Positions 1-13,309 of a stretch of 64,000 nucleotides of DNA are shown here, piece by piece. The translations under genes and the position numbers were made by a program. Source of the DNA: Fimbriosthenelais zetlandica (lineage: Eukaryota); contig OZ365118.1 in the NCBI GenBank assembly GCA_977030845.1, positions 3,100,001-3,164,000 of the forward strand, given 5' to 3'. The notes beneath the pieces are model-generated. The model worked only from the letters and a program-made list of their open reading frames with translations. It was not told where the DNA came from and did no database searches. How positions within the stretch are numbered: the first letter of the stretch is position 1; each line of letters starts with the position of its first letter.

Positions 1-1367
1 CAGTTAGGTCAATCCCTGAACATGAAAATAAGGAATTTAGCATTTGAAGTCAAAAGGCTTAGAAAATCAAGGGATGATAGTGTAGCGATTGTTGAATCCA
101 GCAACATATGAAAGGAATAGCCGAAACAAAATGAGAACAGAATCCATTCATGGGTTTAGACATATGTATTCACAAATCCTAAACGAATCAAATTACCGTT
201 TTAGTCTTGGTGTTTTATATTTTTCGATGTTATTTCCTTGTTCTCGTCAACAAAGGGTATATGACCGTTTAACGGAGTCGGTGTAAATAATAGAGGAGTG
301 GGAGGGTGAGGTAGAGGACTTGTACACGTTATAGTCAACATGATCACATATGGACATAGCAGTAACATAGATTCAGACTTAACGTGCGCCTTCACGGCTC
401 CACATTAATGTTTCAACTCCCCTCACGTTCTACCCGCTACTCAAATCATGACTCAAATCAAACTCAACCAAGGCCAACATATATAATATACTTGCATACT
501 TTGGCTACAATATTGAACGTGGCGATTCTCGTGATTTTCTATATACAGTTTACTCTGACTAAATTAAACACGCATACATTATTATCCTTCAGTGTCATCT
601 TGCATACATAACCCATTCACAGATATATCAACAAACTAGTCATTTTGAAAAATTCATGACCGTCTGACATTTTCAGTGGTGGTTGGTTGGGATGATATAT
701 GAACATTGATGAAGATGGAGAGTGAAGATATGAGATGAAACCAATGACCCATGATATACCAGTTAAACACTACATTAGGCGGCCAACACTGTGTTACGTC
801 TTTTTAAACCATTTCCCCCAACCCCGCACCCCACCCCTCAACTTTGGTTTGAAGTGTTGCCTTGTATAATGCTTTCCAGGCTATACCGATACAAGACATG
901 GTTTAGATCAAAATCAATGACATCTATCAACAAGCCCCGGAGAAAAAACACAGTCCCTCTCCATCATCCCCCTCCCTCCCCTCTCCCATGCAGTGTTTTT
1001 CACCTGTTAGAAAAGAACTATTCGTAGTTAGTCATTCAGAAAAGTGGGACTGATACTCGTTGCGACTAAAAGGCAGCACCTTATCTAATGATACAGAATA
1101 CACCGACGCTGAAGCCTACAATAAAGAGAGATTATCAGCTGATAGACGCCCGGTGATGTCCTGCACCGGGTCATCTATGACATTATAACAGTCACTATTA
1201 CCTCATGGTTAGACACTCTGACCATCTCTCACGCGGGATAGGAGGAAAACAACAGCGTCAGGTACCTGCATATAGCATGGTCATCAACATATGCAATTGT
1301 TCATGTGATGCAAAAAGTAGAGCCCCATCCCTTCCTTACACACATACATATATAGTGTTAGCGGGCC
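1..1367 (-). other. Probable 3' UTR of the protocadherin (continues past the window edge)
   Basis: Lies directly downstream of the TAG at 1368-1370. I found no canonical AATAAA on the minus strand in this interval. Confidence 0.45.
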
Positions 1368-2092
1368 CTATACAACCACATCTTTGGATATTTCCCCAGA
1401 GTCTTGTAATTTTAAGGCATAGTCATTTTGTATGGTGGACTGGGAGTCATTGTGCTCGTGCAGTGTGTTTTGAGAGCTATTGGAGGCCGCTGATAGGGGT
1501 TGGTGTGGTAAGGAAGAGGCCCTGTGTGGGGGATGTGGTAATGTATTATGGTTCATTATCCCTCCATGGGTTGTGTCAGAACTCTGGTGCACCAGTCGGC
1601 CATGGGTGGCGTGACCGTCGCCCAGTTTAGACTGGTTCCTGTCTATAGGGTACACCTGATGGGGGTTGCCCCCCAGTCGCGGGTTCAGGGTGTGGTAGCC
1701 GCGATCCTGCTGGTTGCCTTGGTAAATACCACACTCACGATTTTGTAAAGGATCCCGGGCTGGTAAGTACCCGTATGTCCGGTGAGGTCCATGTTCGGTA
1801 CTGATCACCCTGGCGGGGACCACGCGAACTAAACTGCCCGACTTGCCCGGTGGGTCGATGAGGGCGTGCGGGGCAATGGTGACCCGTTTGGGGGTGTGGT
1901 GGGAACCGGAACCGTGAGGACCAGGGCCGTGGGTGTTGTTGGTGACGTTAGGGGAGCTGAAGGTGTGTAGAGGGGGAGGTGGTGGTTGGGGGATGCTCGT
2001 ACCGTTGCTGTGGCCAGTCGAGCTGGGAGCGTGACCGCCGTTAAAACTCTCCGTAGCCCTCGTCGGCGGACGCGGCGGAATCCCGCGGCCCA
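1368..2092 (-). CDS. Pcdh: Protocadherin terminal coding exon (~241 aa, Pro/His/Ser/Gly-rich tail ending ...EISKDVVV*)
   Basis: Acceptor atttgtgatttttcttgcag| is phase 1 in the 260-aa ORF frame, exactly matching the phase-1 donor at 12302. Long GC-rich ORF with C-ending codon bias; stop TAG at 1368-1370. Confidence 0.75.
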
Positions 2093-2127
2093 CTGCAAGA
2101 AAAATCACAAATATTATAATCAGATAA

Positions 2128-2416
2128 TGACAAAGATGCTTCCACAACAAAGATATGGTCCATATTCTGCCTCAAATGGTTCCTAAGAAAAATAACAAAT
2201 ATTAAAATCACATAATAATTTGGCAATGTAGTAATGCACGTAGATAGAGCCCCCAGCTGAAAATCATACGAGAAACTTGAGTAATCAAGAATGTAGGCTG
2301 GTATTCACCCATAACGGGCTCTATAAAAATTCTAACTAAAAAAAAAGTGACAAGGTGCTTCCACAAGAAAGCAGGGACATGGTCTGAGCAGAGACATCTG
2401 TTTCAAATGGTTCCTA
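2128..2416. repeat. Imperfect local duplication (~60 bp, copies at 2128-2185 and 2348-2416)
   Basis: Shared blocks tgacaa..tgcttccacaa and tcaaatggttccta, 220-230 bp apart, just upstream of the terminal-exon acceptor. Confidence 0.7.
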
Positions 2417-5400
2417 TCTTAATTGAGATAGGAGTAGACAAGACGGTCAGTATTCAACTGCTGCGATTCTGTGATAATATAATAAAGCAAATATAAGATT
2501 ATGGCGGAATTTGATGATCTAATTCCTTGTTTGAGAAGGCCAAAATGTGGTGGTCCGCTGTTGCCATGTTGCTTGCGACACCACTGCGACAAACATGATG
2601 TTTGTACCTTGACCACAAGCTGTACAAAGACAAACATTGAAAACGCTTGGCGTAAAATTTAACCAGTACAACTCCTCCTAATGTTATTCTGAAAGTTTTT
2701 CCCCTCGGAGCAGAATTTAATCACGTAATGGCTGATGGTTTAAATTTCAATTATCTTTAATTTTCATCAGTTCTATTGCTCCCAGACACAGGTTTCCTTT
2801 AATAAAACTTTCAGAAATGAGCTATAATCATTTGATTAAGCACATTCTTTTTCTATTTCCTTTGTAAAGCCTCCGATCAGTGAGTTGTAAATATTTGCAA
2901 AATACCCAAAAAGTTATCGAAATCCAAGCCTCGCAGCGATTCTTATCTTATAATCCGATACTTATTTGTCTCACAAGTTGCTGATTAAGTTTTCTCCTAG
3001 ATTTGCTGGATTGAACGAGTCCTAATATGATATGTTCCTCTCGTCTTCCTTCACTTTCCACTGTCTGATGACCATATAATACGAAATCAGATTCTAAAAA
3101 CCTTTGCTAAATGGAAATGTGCAACACAAGTCGAAGAAATCTGAACGATTTAAAATGTAGAGCACCGGTAAATTTCCATACATAGTGGTTTGGGGAAGAG
3201 AGAAAACAGAATATCTTCTGACATGTTCAGCGTATAGCTGTGGAATTGTAGATTACTACCAATAATCCCAATAAATATAAGATTTCTTTGTGGCCGGGTA
3301 TATTATGGCACATTGGAGGCAAATAATCGATTACTTTGTGAATTGGATGTTTTGCCTGTCCTCCGCTATATATACGCTGTAGTAGCTATCCATTGTCTCT
3401 GTCCACTGACCTTTTTACGACCACAAATCGCAATGAATTCACGATCAAATTAGATTACCTCTAGCCTCTGTCCCCACTTTGCAAATTACCTCGCCAGCTA
3501 ATCTCTGGATTGGCCGCGTGTAATTTAGATTTAGCCCAGACTCTGGTGATGTAGGGGCCTGGCTCTATCAAATTATATATTGTTCATTTGACCTTTTCTT
3601 TGGGTATATGTGAATCCTTGGAAAGACAATTATTCATGGAAACATTTGGTCATATATATACTCTGCGGACGAGTCTCAATAGGGAAAAAGGTCATTAAAC
3701 GACCTCGTTATTCAAAATGAGTGATTTCTTTAGGACCTTTCAGGGACGCGGTGGAGGCCAGTGGGTCGAATAGACTGCCGGCCAATGGTCATAATGGGCT
3801 ATTTGAGGTCTTAAGTCAAGTGGGGGGAAGTATTTCTGCAGGGCTTTAAGCTGAAGACAGAAACGGACATGAGAGAGAGTTAGCTGGTCTTGTAGCTCTG
3901 ATGACCTTTTACTCTCAAGTCTTAAAGCCGTTACTTGTTCCTTGGCAAGCACCAAGATTAGGCCCTCTGTGTGGACAAGGGGCGGCACCCCTCATACCTC
4001 CCCTTTCCTCCACAAGCCCTCAGGCCAGCTCCACTCCCCGTTCCACGCCTTCTTTCCATATCCCTTTTCAATCCTACCCACAATTATGCATGGTCAAATA
4101 GAGTCATAATGACACTAACAAGTCAGTAAATGGGGGTTGGAAGTGTCACGCGGCAATGCTTATGATCGGTTAGTCCCTTTCTTAACAGCTTCTGACACTG
4201 ATACCCTTTGTGTCAGTGGTCATTCATCATCTCAGTGGGCGGTGGTCAGTGGTCAGCAGCACCTGGAAGGACCTGCGGCCAGGTGAGAGTTAGTGATAAG
4301 ACTGACCATGAGAGATGAGTGTATATATATGGTCAGTATAGCTCTGACAGGCTCTCTTCTCACTCTGAGATCTCTCCTCCTGATCTATCACCACGCGGCC
4401 TATCGTCTTCCTATCCATCCCCTCTTGAACTGAGTTCTAGCAGAGAGCGCCTATCGCTTGCCACCATATGCTCATTTTTTCCTGCTTTATTTAGCCCCCC
4501 TGAGAGGTTTTATAAGGTAGCTATAGCCTATAGGATCCCGGGCTATGGAGGAGCCGTCAGTTTACTTGGCCTGGTCTAAGATGAAAAAGGGCCATCCATT
4601 GGCAAGTAGACAGTCTGGGTGACTGAGCATCATGCAATTGCGGCGTTACTTGACCAACTGTTGGGACACTGAACCGCCGGTCATTTGACTAAATAGCCCC
4701 TCCCCGGAAGAGAAATAGCTTTGTTTGCATAGAGAAGGACTCCTGAAAATAAGGCCAACTCCGAGGCTGCTCAGTGAGTGCTCGAGTGGACCCGCATAAT
4801 CTTCTTCGGTTTCAACTTCATAAATGTTTACCACTCCCCAGAGGGGGAACCTGTTGAAGTAGATCATTTTAGAAAGGGCCCAGCACGGCCCAGCTCCCTC
4901 CACATTTCCCCATACTCTCTCCTTCCTTCTATACTTCTCCTCCTATTTCCCTGTTTAGTAAATTATTGCACACAGCCGTCCAGACAATCTTGCAGTCTGA
5001 AGTGTTTTACCAAGGACAGGCCTGTGTTTGTGGATCGATATGAAAGCAATTAAAACGTAGAGAATGGCTGTGTGAAAGCTGGCAGGCAAGACGATACCGA
5101 CTCAATATCTGGACAGTTAGATTAAAGCCAACTTGGCCAATGATTTAGATGTGAAGTGTCTGACAAGGACCAAGGCCTGGTGGATATATATTAGTTCCAG
5201 CAGAATGAGCGCCAAGAAACTCCTCCGAATAGTAAGGGTTTATTAGCAGGTGATGGCTAACAGGGGGGATGTATAATACATCTCAGTACACCAGCCTCGG
5301 GGGCTGATGGTAGGTGGTGTTTTTTAATGAACGCTCCCCTTGGTTTGGGTCGATTAGGTGTGATTTTCTATCACCTGTACTCCCCCCATCTCATGCTCCG

Positions 5401-6382
5401 CCTTCAAAGGCAGACCTGCAACCCATCTTGGCTGGAGGCCTGGGTAATGATCTTATGGGGAGATGTGAGCTCTGAGAACAGGATATTCCTGTCAGAGCCC
5501 TCTCATTGTCTGCCATGAGTGGCCGGAGCCTCTCCTGCCCTTTCTCCAGGTCATCTTGGATTCTGACACTGAAAATCATTCTGACAAAATTTCTAACCAA
5601 GATGGGAAGCAATTGCTGTACAATTTGTACCAGAATAACCTCACATATCGGTTGCCTCTCCTATGCTAACACCAGATCTCAGATTTGGTATATGACGCCC
5701 CTGGAAACTATATGCTAAGTGGTGCCTTTAGCAAGGCAATGATATTTTCATATTTCCAGTGGGAAAAAGCAGAGAAACGTAAGCCAATAAAAGGAAGATT
5801 TGGGAGGGAACTGATGCTTGCCAATGCCATCTCAGGTTCCCGTAAAATAAGATCAGGGAATTCCATGGCAACAATAATGATGTCATTTTAAGTTCCTCTG
5901 TGCATCCCTTATAAGAAGAGGAAGCAGGAATTATGGCTGCACCCAAATAGCAATAACTGAATGGTGAATGCCAGGTCTCTCTGCTCCAGACAGCATGGCT
6001 TGAGTGTAAACACTATGGTTTCTATATCACGATTTATGAGTACTGGAACTGACTTACACTCCCCAAGGTCGTGGCGTGTCAGAATATGGGATGAGAGGTA
6101 GCGGATGAGAATACAGAGGGAGGGATCTCAGCTCAAACCACTGCTGGCAATGTTAAAGGCCTCCATCCCCCCTCCCTACCTCCAACATATACATTACCTC
6201 CATATATAGCAATGTAAAGCTGACTCCTTGACTTTACACCTATAGGTATCCCGCACTTGCTATGTTTAATTAATACTATCCATCCCAGCACATTCAATAA
6301 CAATGCATAAAACATGTAGAAAAAGTCCTTGTTAAGTATGTCCCAGTATTCCTTAGGGAAGTTTTTCTATATTTGCTCTTGA

Positions 6383-6438
6383 AGAATCCCTATGCCTGTG
6401 CTGTGAATGGATGGAGAATCCCTATGCTGTGAATGGAT
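6383..6438. repeat. Short tandem duplication
   Basis: agaatccctatgc(ctgtg)ctgtgaatggat occurs twice. Confidence 0.85.
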
Positions 6439-9400
6439 TGTGTGTTATTTCGTGTAAGGGACATACTATGATACTATGTAATGTATCAGATGCCGGGCGA
6501 GGCTCCGGTAACTACCTCCTATATACATGGGGGCGGGATCATGGTAGATTAGGCATTTATCACCCCTCTCATTACAGTTGCGCTGTAGGTTGTGCCCGGC
6601 CCCATGATAGTTTTATGAAGGAGGCAAAGGCTGGAGATATTTATTCATGAATCTTGAATGTCCCAATCACTGGGCAAGTCCTCCCTGCTAGCGCCTTTCT
6701 CCTCTATAGAGCTGTCGCCTATTTCTACTTCTCCTCACACTGTGTTGCAAGTGCATGGCTTTTCCATTGCCACCTCAAGATTGAGCTAATTCCACCTGGC
6801 CAATTAATTCAAATCAGTTTTTTAATGGGAGCAAATTGGACGGAATCTGTGACTTACAATATAATACTATAGACGAGCGTGTAGGCACAATCGATGAAGC
6901 AGTCTGGATTGCGTTCCATGCAGTTAATGTGTCTGAATAACATTAGGTCCTCTACCTTTCTGAGGGATAAACCGCCATCCTGAAATTGCCATCTTTCCCA
7001 TGGAAGCCTTCCAGACCTTACAGTCCAAACCACACACTTTTACTGTTGAATGTTAGAAAGAAAATTTACTGGGAAGGAAGACAATGGGTGGAGGTTTGGG
7101 GGGAACATTTAGATCTGACACCTGAAGCTGGAACTCTAGGAAGCCACATCCGCCCTTATGATTGATGTGAGTCTGATGTCGGGGGGGGGGGGGAGAAGGG
7201 GCTAGACCTGTCAGCTTGTCGCGGACACTTTAAACAAGAATCACATGTGTATCAAGGGGAAATAAGTTACATGTTGAATGGATGATGACAAGGGTGGACT
7301 CCCTGCCTTATCAGCTTCCAAAATCAAGTGAGAAGTCCCACTGCATCAGGTCTGTATCCACAGAAGAACAATTCACAGTTGTCATATGGATCTATCATTC
7401 TGGCAGCTTTAAGCAATCTTAAGAAATCTGCCTTGTATGTCTGATATTATATCCTATACTTGTTGTTCGAAATAGATTGATTGTCTGATAGGAATATAAG
7501 TTATTTGACATAGAAAATGTCCAATGTTCATATAAAAGCCTATTTCATTCTTCCTATATTTGGGTCACTGTGAAATGTAATATGATGAGCGTGTATGTAG
7601 CTTTGTGATTGTGGTTGTACTGGGCTCATCTTACCAATTTACATGTTACAAGAAGGCGATGAACTCAAGAAAGCCTTGTGTCTATTAAAGTCCTTCAGTA
7701 CTTCCTCCTCCCGACAGTGTCTGACCCACTGGTTGTGTGGAAGGGTAGACAGACAGAAAAGAAATCTTTACTTGTGATTTTTGGTCAGACAAGATGAGCT
7801 TTCAATGCTGAATTACCACCAGAAATATCTTGCACCACCCTTTCCAATTTGTCCAAATAAAGGTTATGGCAACCTTTCCAAAACGAACTTAAATTTGAAC
7901 TTTTATTCTAGAATGAGATCAGCTTGGCTTGTGACAATCTCGTTGAGTCAAAACGTCCGACATTTCGGAGAGAAAAATCCCATTTTGAAATCCTATCTTC
8001 ATTGCACTTTCGATGGAAACAAACAGGCATAGCCGGCCACTAAATGGCCTGTCACTACAATGGCCGCCACCATTGTGACTCCCGCTCCATTAAGTGTACA
8101 TGGCTGGAGGGTAGAATCCCTTCAATAACGGACCATGATTTGTCTGTGTGATACCAGGGTGGGGGAGAGATAGCGTTACAGACTACAGTCTGATATCAGA
8201 GAGATAGACCCACATCGCCAGCAGGTGAGATACCTGCCTCTCCATTGTCCAGTCCTTTGTCAACCCTACATTGTAGTCACAAAACGATTAGTACCTGTTC
8301 CTCCCATAGCAAATTAACGAACCTTCTCCAAACCCGCACCAAAGATCCCCTTGATTGAGAAACCCAACACTTCTACTGGAATATTTAAGCTGAGAATGTA
8401 AACCCGATACGGAATGCTAGTGGGTGATATCAGTGATCGGGGGAGGGGATCTCCAGTCAATCTTCTGATACATAGAATACGCAGGGTTAGTCTGTATCAG
8501 AGGAAAGCATTAATCATGGGATCTTCTATCATGACTTTGCCACTGGCTGTAAGCGATAGATATCCGGGCAGGGAGGCATCCATCTATAGGAAGACTAGCT
8601 GAGATGATGTTATCAGGGTTCACTATCATCATTCGCCTCTTGTCTTGTTGATTTATAGTTGAGATGACCTTTACAGTACAATACACTGACCACTGGTATA
8701 TACCGTATTATTGCACGGTATACAAGGCAACCTCTCCTTGTAATATACACTCCACTGGGCTCAGTTTGTATACAGTTCACTGGAATTATTTTAGTCATAT
8801 TTTGAAGTTGCCAGAAGCAATGCAATATAGATCTATCCCAACAGCTACTCACAAGTCACAACTCTAATCAACAAATACAGACTAGACATTTTCTTTCACT
8901 GTCTGGATCTTGAAAGGCTAGGATATTTGATTCAGATTAGCAAGGAAATGCTAACATTTCTCTATATTTGTGATCAGAAAGAAAGGGAAGGTATAGTTAG
9001 TGAAAGATCAGGTCAGTGTTGACAATTAGCATACATTGGATACACAGACGGCTTCCCGGATAAAGCTTTCCTAGAAAACACAGTCTGCCTTACTCAAAAG
9101 GTCATTTAATCATCTCGATGTCAATTCTATCATTCTCTCTTTCAGGCTCGTCTTGTCCCCGAGCCTCTTCATGTTTAACCTTGAGGATGGCAGTGTCTGC
9201 ATCAAGAAGGCTGGGAATTCATTTACAGGCTAATATTTAGAGCAGTCTCTGCAGACTTTCAAAACAGTTTTATCAATCAACTCGTTGCTATTTTTAAATT
9301 GATTTCCCAGATTTCTATCAGACATAGTCTTTCTTTGAACAATTGAGGTTCATATGCAATGTATTTATGCAATGTATCTCTGTCTAAAGTGCCCTTTTTG

Positions 9401-12301
9401 CTAGGGTTTCATGCCACATGGGAATTTCTCTCTTGCATGTTGTAAAATAGTCGGGTGTTCCTCATTTACTGACCCCCATTTTAGTGGTCAGACATTATTA
9501 TACTAGTGACCACTTCATATGAGCTCAAGAAAAACATGCGACCCACCAGCAGTCTTTCAAAACCTATCGTTCAACTTTGATATAAAATAAGGTGGAACTT
9601 TTATAAACACTGCCATGATATAGTTATAGGCATCTGAGATAGAACCTGTTTGAAGGTTTTTATGAAGTAGTTTTCATGATATCGATCTGCACGTATATAC
9701 ATGGCTGAGTGGTTATCTTAGCTTTTGTTTCTTTTGGGGCATGGTATAGGTGCATCATGTGTACTCAATAATCAATGTGAGAGCTTCTCATGGAGGTAAC
9801 ATTAAGATTTATATGCTGGCTATTCACGCCACATTAGGGGATCAATATATAGAGTAAAGACCATGTAATGACATGATTACATGTGCTTAAATCATGCATG
9901 AGTGGAGAGAGACATGGGTGGAGATGATCTGGTAGTAACGAGTAATCCTGGCAGGCTTACCTCCATGGGATCACTTACTGTTAGAGTATCCCACATCTCA
10001 TGCCACCTATGATCATCACTCACCATCTCTCCGAGCATTAACCCTGCTTAAAACCTTTCTCCAACATTCTCCCTCGTCAGACAAATAAGCATCATGCGTG
10101 GTTAAAATGACAAACTCGCTTGATTTTTTGCCCTCACAAAATCCCACTCATCTGTTGGAGTACAAAGAGGTGCCTTTTTCAGCTGTCATTAACTCGGCTT
10201 GTCATTCAGAGCGTTTTGGATGTTTTGTTAGATTCGGGCTGGTCGGGTATGTAGAGTTGTGAGTTGTGGGTTGTGAATGGTTTTATGCCTTTGAATACTT
10301 GTATCTGAGGAGTTTAAATGGGTGAAGTGTGACTATTAAAGAAACCATCTTCTTCAGTGGCTGAATGATGCAAAAACAATACCAGTCAATTGGTGAAATC
10401 GAGTGTTGCCAATGAGAGATGACAGAGACCTGCGTGTCTCCCCCACTCTGACAAGCTTCTTCTGCTGAACGAATCATGTACGGATTCCCTTTTTTTAGAG
10501 GATTATTCAAATGAGAATTTCTCCCACGAAAAATGGCTTGGATTCTTCAGAAGATGCTGATTGTGAAGCTTTTTCCATGAAGATGTCCAATTTAGAAGGA
10601 GTTCAAGGCCGGGGTCACCTGCCGGATGGCACGATTTCTCTACACGAATGTTCTTATCTTCTCTTAGATTCCCACAAACATCGTGAAATGCCCAAAAACA
10701 ATCCTATTGTAACAAATTCCCCTGCACTTTTCTTCATGGAAATATCATCGATTGCTCTATGGGAGTGAACTTATAACTTGAGAAGACGATGTTTCCATGT
10801 AAACGCCTTCTCATTCACTCACCCAGGTTTTGTTCATGATGACCTTTGGCGTGCATCTCGGGGCAGCATTTTAAATTGATCTGCATCTTGTCCGTGTATA
10901 ACACGTACAATAAATATGCTCATATACAATTCTATGTAAAGGTTAATCACTTGAGATTTATGTTATCTGTCATGTGGGAGGTGGCAGGGATATCTCTTAC
11001 AAGTCGCCATGCCTGGCCTTCTTGCAACATTAATGTAAGCTTATCTCCTTAATATACGACCATAAATGACTTAATATTTCAATAGACCTCTTTAGGTTTT
11101 CTTCAATCATCTTTTATATATTTCCTTTGAAATATTTTGAAATAACTTCTGACAATATTCTAGCAGTTGATGCAGTGCAATTCATAGTTATCGCATTGAA
11201 GTACTTTCAGCTGCAGTGTGATATGCCCCACATTCCCTGCTGTATTACAAATTTATTGGCATTGTTTTTGTTGTTAGCGTCATTGCCTTCCCGGTTATAC
11301 ATACAAGCATCTATAGTTGCAGCTTATTTCGCCACTATTAACTGTGAAAAGTCAGGACATTGGTGAGTCAGGAGATGGCTGTATATGAGGGGAATATGAT
11401 GTACGGCCCCTGTGCCACATCTCAGAATAGTTTGTCTGTTTGTGGATGCCTCGTTTCTCCTACACCGATTCTTATTGATCCCCAGCCAGTCTAACCATCA
11501 CAACTGCCTTCATAATCACTTTCCTCATTCGTGCAATCGCTGTGCGGAGCCTCGTATATGTATAGGCAGTTGCTATAGGCCCGTGTAAATCTTCCCCATC
11601 AGGCCCAATTTACAAACATACATAGGCCCATTTATCAAAGCGAGAAAGTGATTTAGATCATAAATCACATTGCAGCATCGAGGGAAACAAAATAAATGTG
11701 CTAATAAACAAATTGGATCACTGATGGGCCATCAATCTGGCAGGAATACTAGATTCGGTCATCGACCGCTGTAAGGGTCCGGGCAGGAAGGTAATGACGT
11801 GCTTCCCGCCCTATTCCAGCTGTCCTCCACAACCACAACTGGGAGCAGGACTTTTATCAACTATTGAAGCTCCTTCTCAGACCTGTGGATGACAAGCCAC
11901 CCTACTGCCGACTGTCAGAGATTTAAAAATAACAGCTCCACCACTGGCTGGCCAAATATGATGGCCTAATCCTGGCTGACTCTGTACATCAGAATTGAGA
12001 AAATCAAGCACGTACCATTTAAACACAAAATCCTGAGAATATTTTGCAGGAATCGGTCCTTTATGATAGCTTATAATGTGATATGTATGACATCCCTTTT
12101 TGTGCATATAAATTTGCTTAGGGGCATACATTCCATTCTCCCTCAGTGGTCACCACAATTATGATGAATTTTTCTTATGATGGAGGTAGGCTACATGATC
12201 CTATACCTCAATTACTCTATAGTAAATTTGCTAAAATCGCACAAAAGAAACAAGTTAAAATAACATTGAAAATGTTGATGATAAAGGGCTATTATACTTA
12301 C

Positions 12302-12485
12302 AAGTTCCGTGTCCCTGTAAGTGGCCATGAGCACCTAGGGGGCCGTGGTCCCGGTCCTTGGAGTGGCTATGGTCCCGGTCGCCCTCCTCGCTCGGTCCGC
12401 GCCCGCTGTCTGTATTTGACCCCTCTCCTGATGACGTACTCTCCGCGTCACGCTCATGCTTCATCAGCTGGAGGAACTGATGCAC
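12302..12485 (-). CDS. Pcdh: Protocadherin cytoplasmic exon (VHQFLQLMKHERDAESTSSGEGSNTDSGRGPSEEGDRDHSHSKDRDHGPLGAHGHLQGHGT), phase 0->1
   Basis: Acceptor ggtttttggtttgcgttgcag| is phase 0, matching the large-exon donor. Donor CTT|GTAAGT is phase 1, matching the terminal exon. GC-rich island in AT-rich intron. The DSGRGPSE motif resembles the DSG-containing CM1 region of delta-type protocadherin tails. Confidence 0.75.
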
Positions 12486-13224
12486 CTGCAACGCAAACCA
12501 AAAACCAGGAATGACTCAGCATTATCCGGATGTATGGATAATAAAAGATGCGGGAGGGAAGGAGGTGTAAAGGCTAGTGGGGCAGTTATCATTAGAGATA
12601 GTGGGAGGAAGGAAGGAGAGGGGAAGAGAGGGAAGGAAAAGCATTGGGTAGGAACATCAAAGGTCTTAGTGCATGCATCATCGGGTTCAGGCACGTCCAT
12701 CAACAGTTCTTCAACAGTTATCGCTGAGGCACAAAGCCCATGTTGGGAGGGATGATGGACATGTTTAGGGGTAAAAGTCACTAAGGGTACTAGTTGGTAA
12801 GCCTAACAGACCCATTACGACGTTATCTAAGTGAGCTTAACATGAACTGCAATGTGTTTTACATGATCTGTTCCATAAAGGTGTTGCACTTTATGTTTTT
12901 GAAAGGTCATAATTCAAAGAGGTCAGATGCATTACTGAATCAGAGATGTGGGAGCCCCCATAAATGTCCCATCATTGTGCCCCTGATAGGACAATCCTGC
13001 AAGAGTTTAAGCTTCCTAGTATAGTTGGACTGTCTTGGTTTTGTCCATGTATAATATGCTCATGGTCCCGGGAAGTTGGGCCGGCCAGGCTTCTTGGGGG
13101 ATCCATAATATAGGAGACTTGTGGAAGTCCTGGCTAAATGATCACCGGAAACGGTCCATGACCGGAAGTAGTATGGCAGAGGGAGGTGAAATGTTTGTTT
13201 GGTGGGCAGAGAATGGATGGCCTT

Positions 13225-13309
13225 TCTTTACAGGATGGGAGAGGGAAATACTCCACGGGCCAGTCTTTACAGGATGGGAGAGGGAAATACTCCACGGGGG
13301 CAGTCTTTA
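13225..13309. repeat. 39-bp tandem duplication
   Basis: tctttacaggatgggagagggaaatactccacggg at 13225 and 13264, with a partial third copy. Confidence 0.9.

Noticed and set aside
1142-1178. SECIS interpretation of the 3' UTR hairpin
   Set aside because: It lacks the non-Watson-Crick GA partner and apical AA, and the CDS has no in-frame UGA.
3740-3850. Strong acceptor (gtccgtttctgtcttcag|) opening LKALQKYFPPLDLRPQ...PPPRP* in phase 0
   Set aside because: The upstream exon donor is phase 1 (gives an immediate stop) and there is no independent support. Cryptic acceptors are common in long introns.
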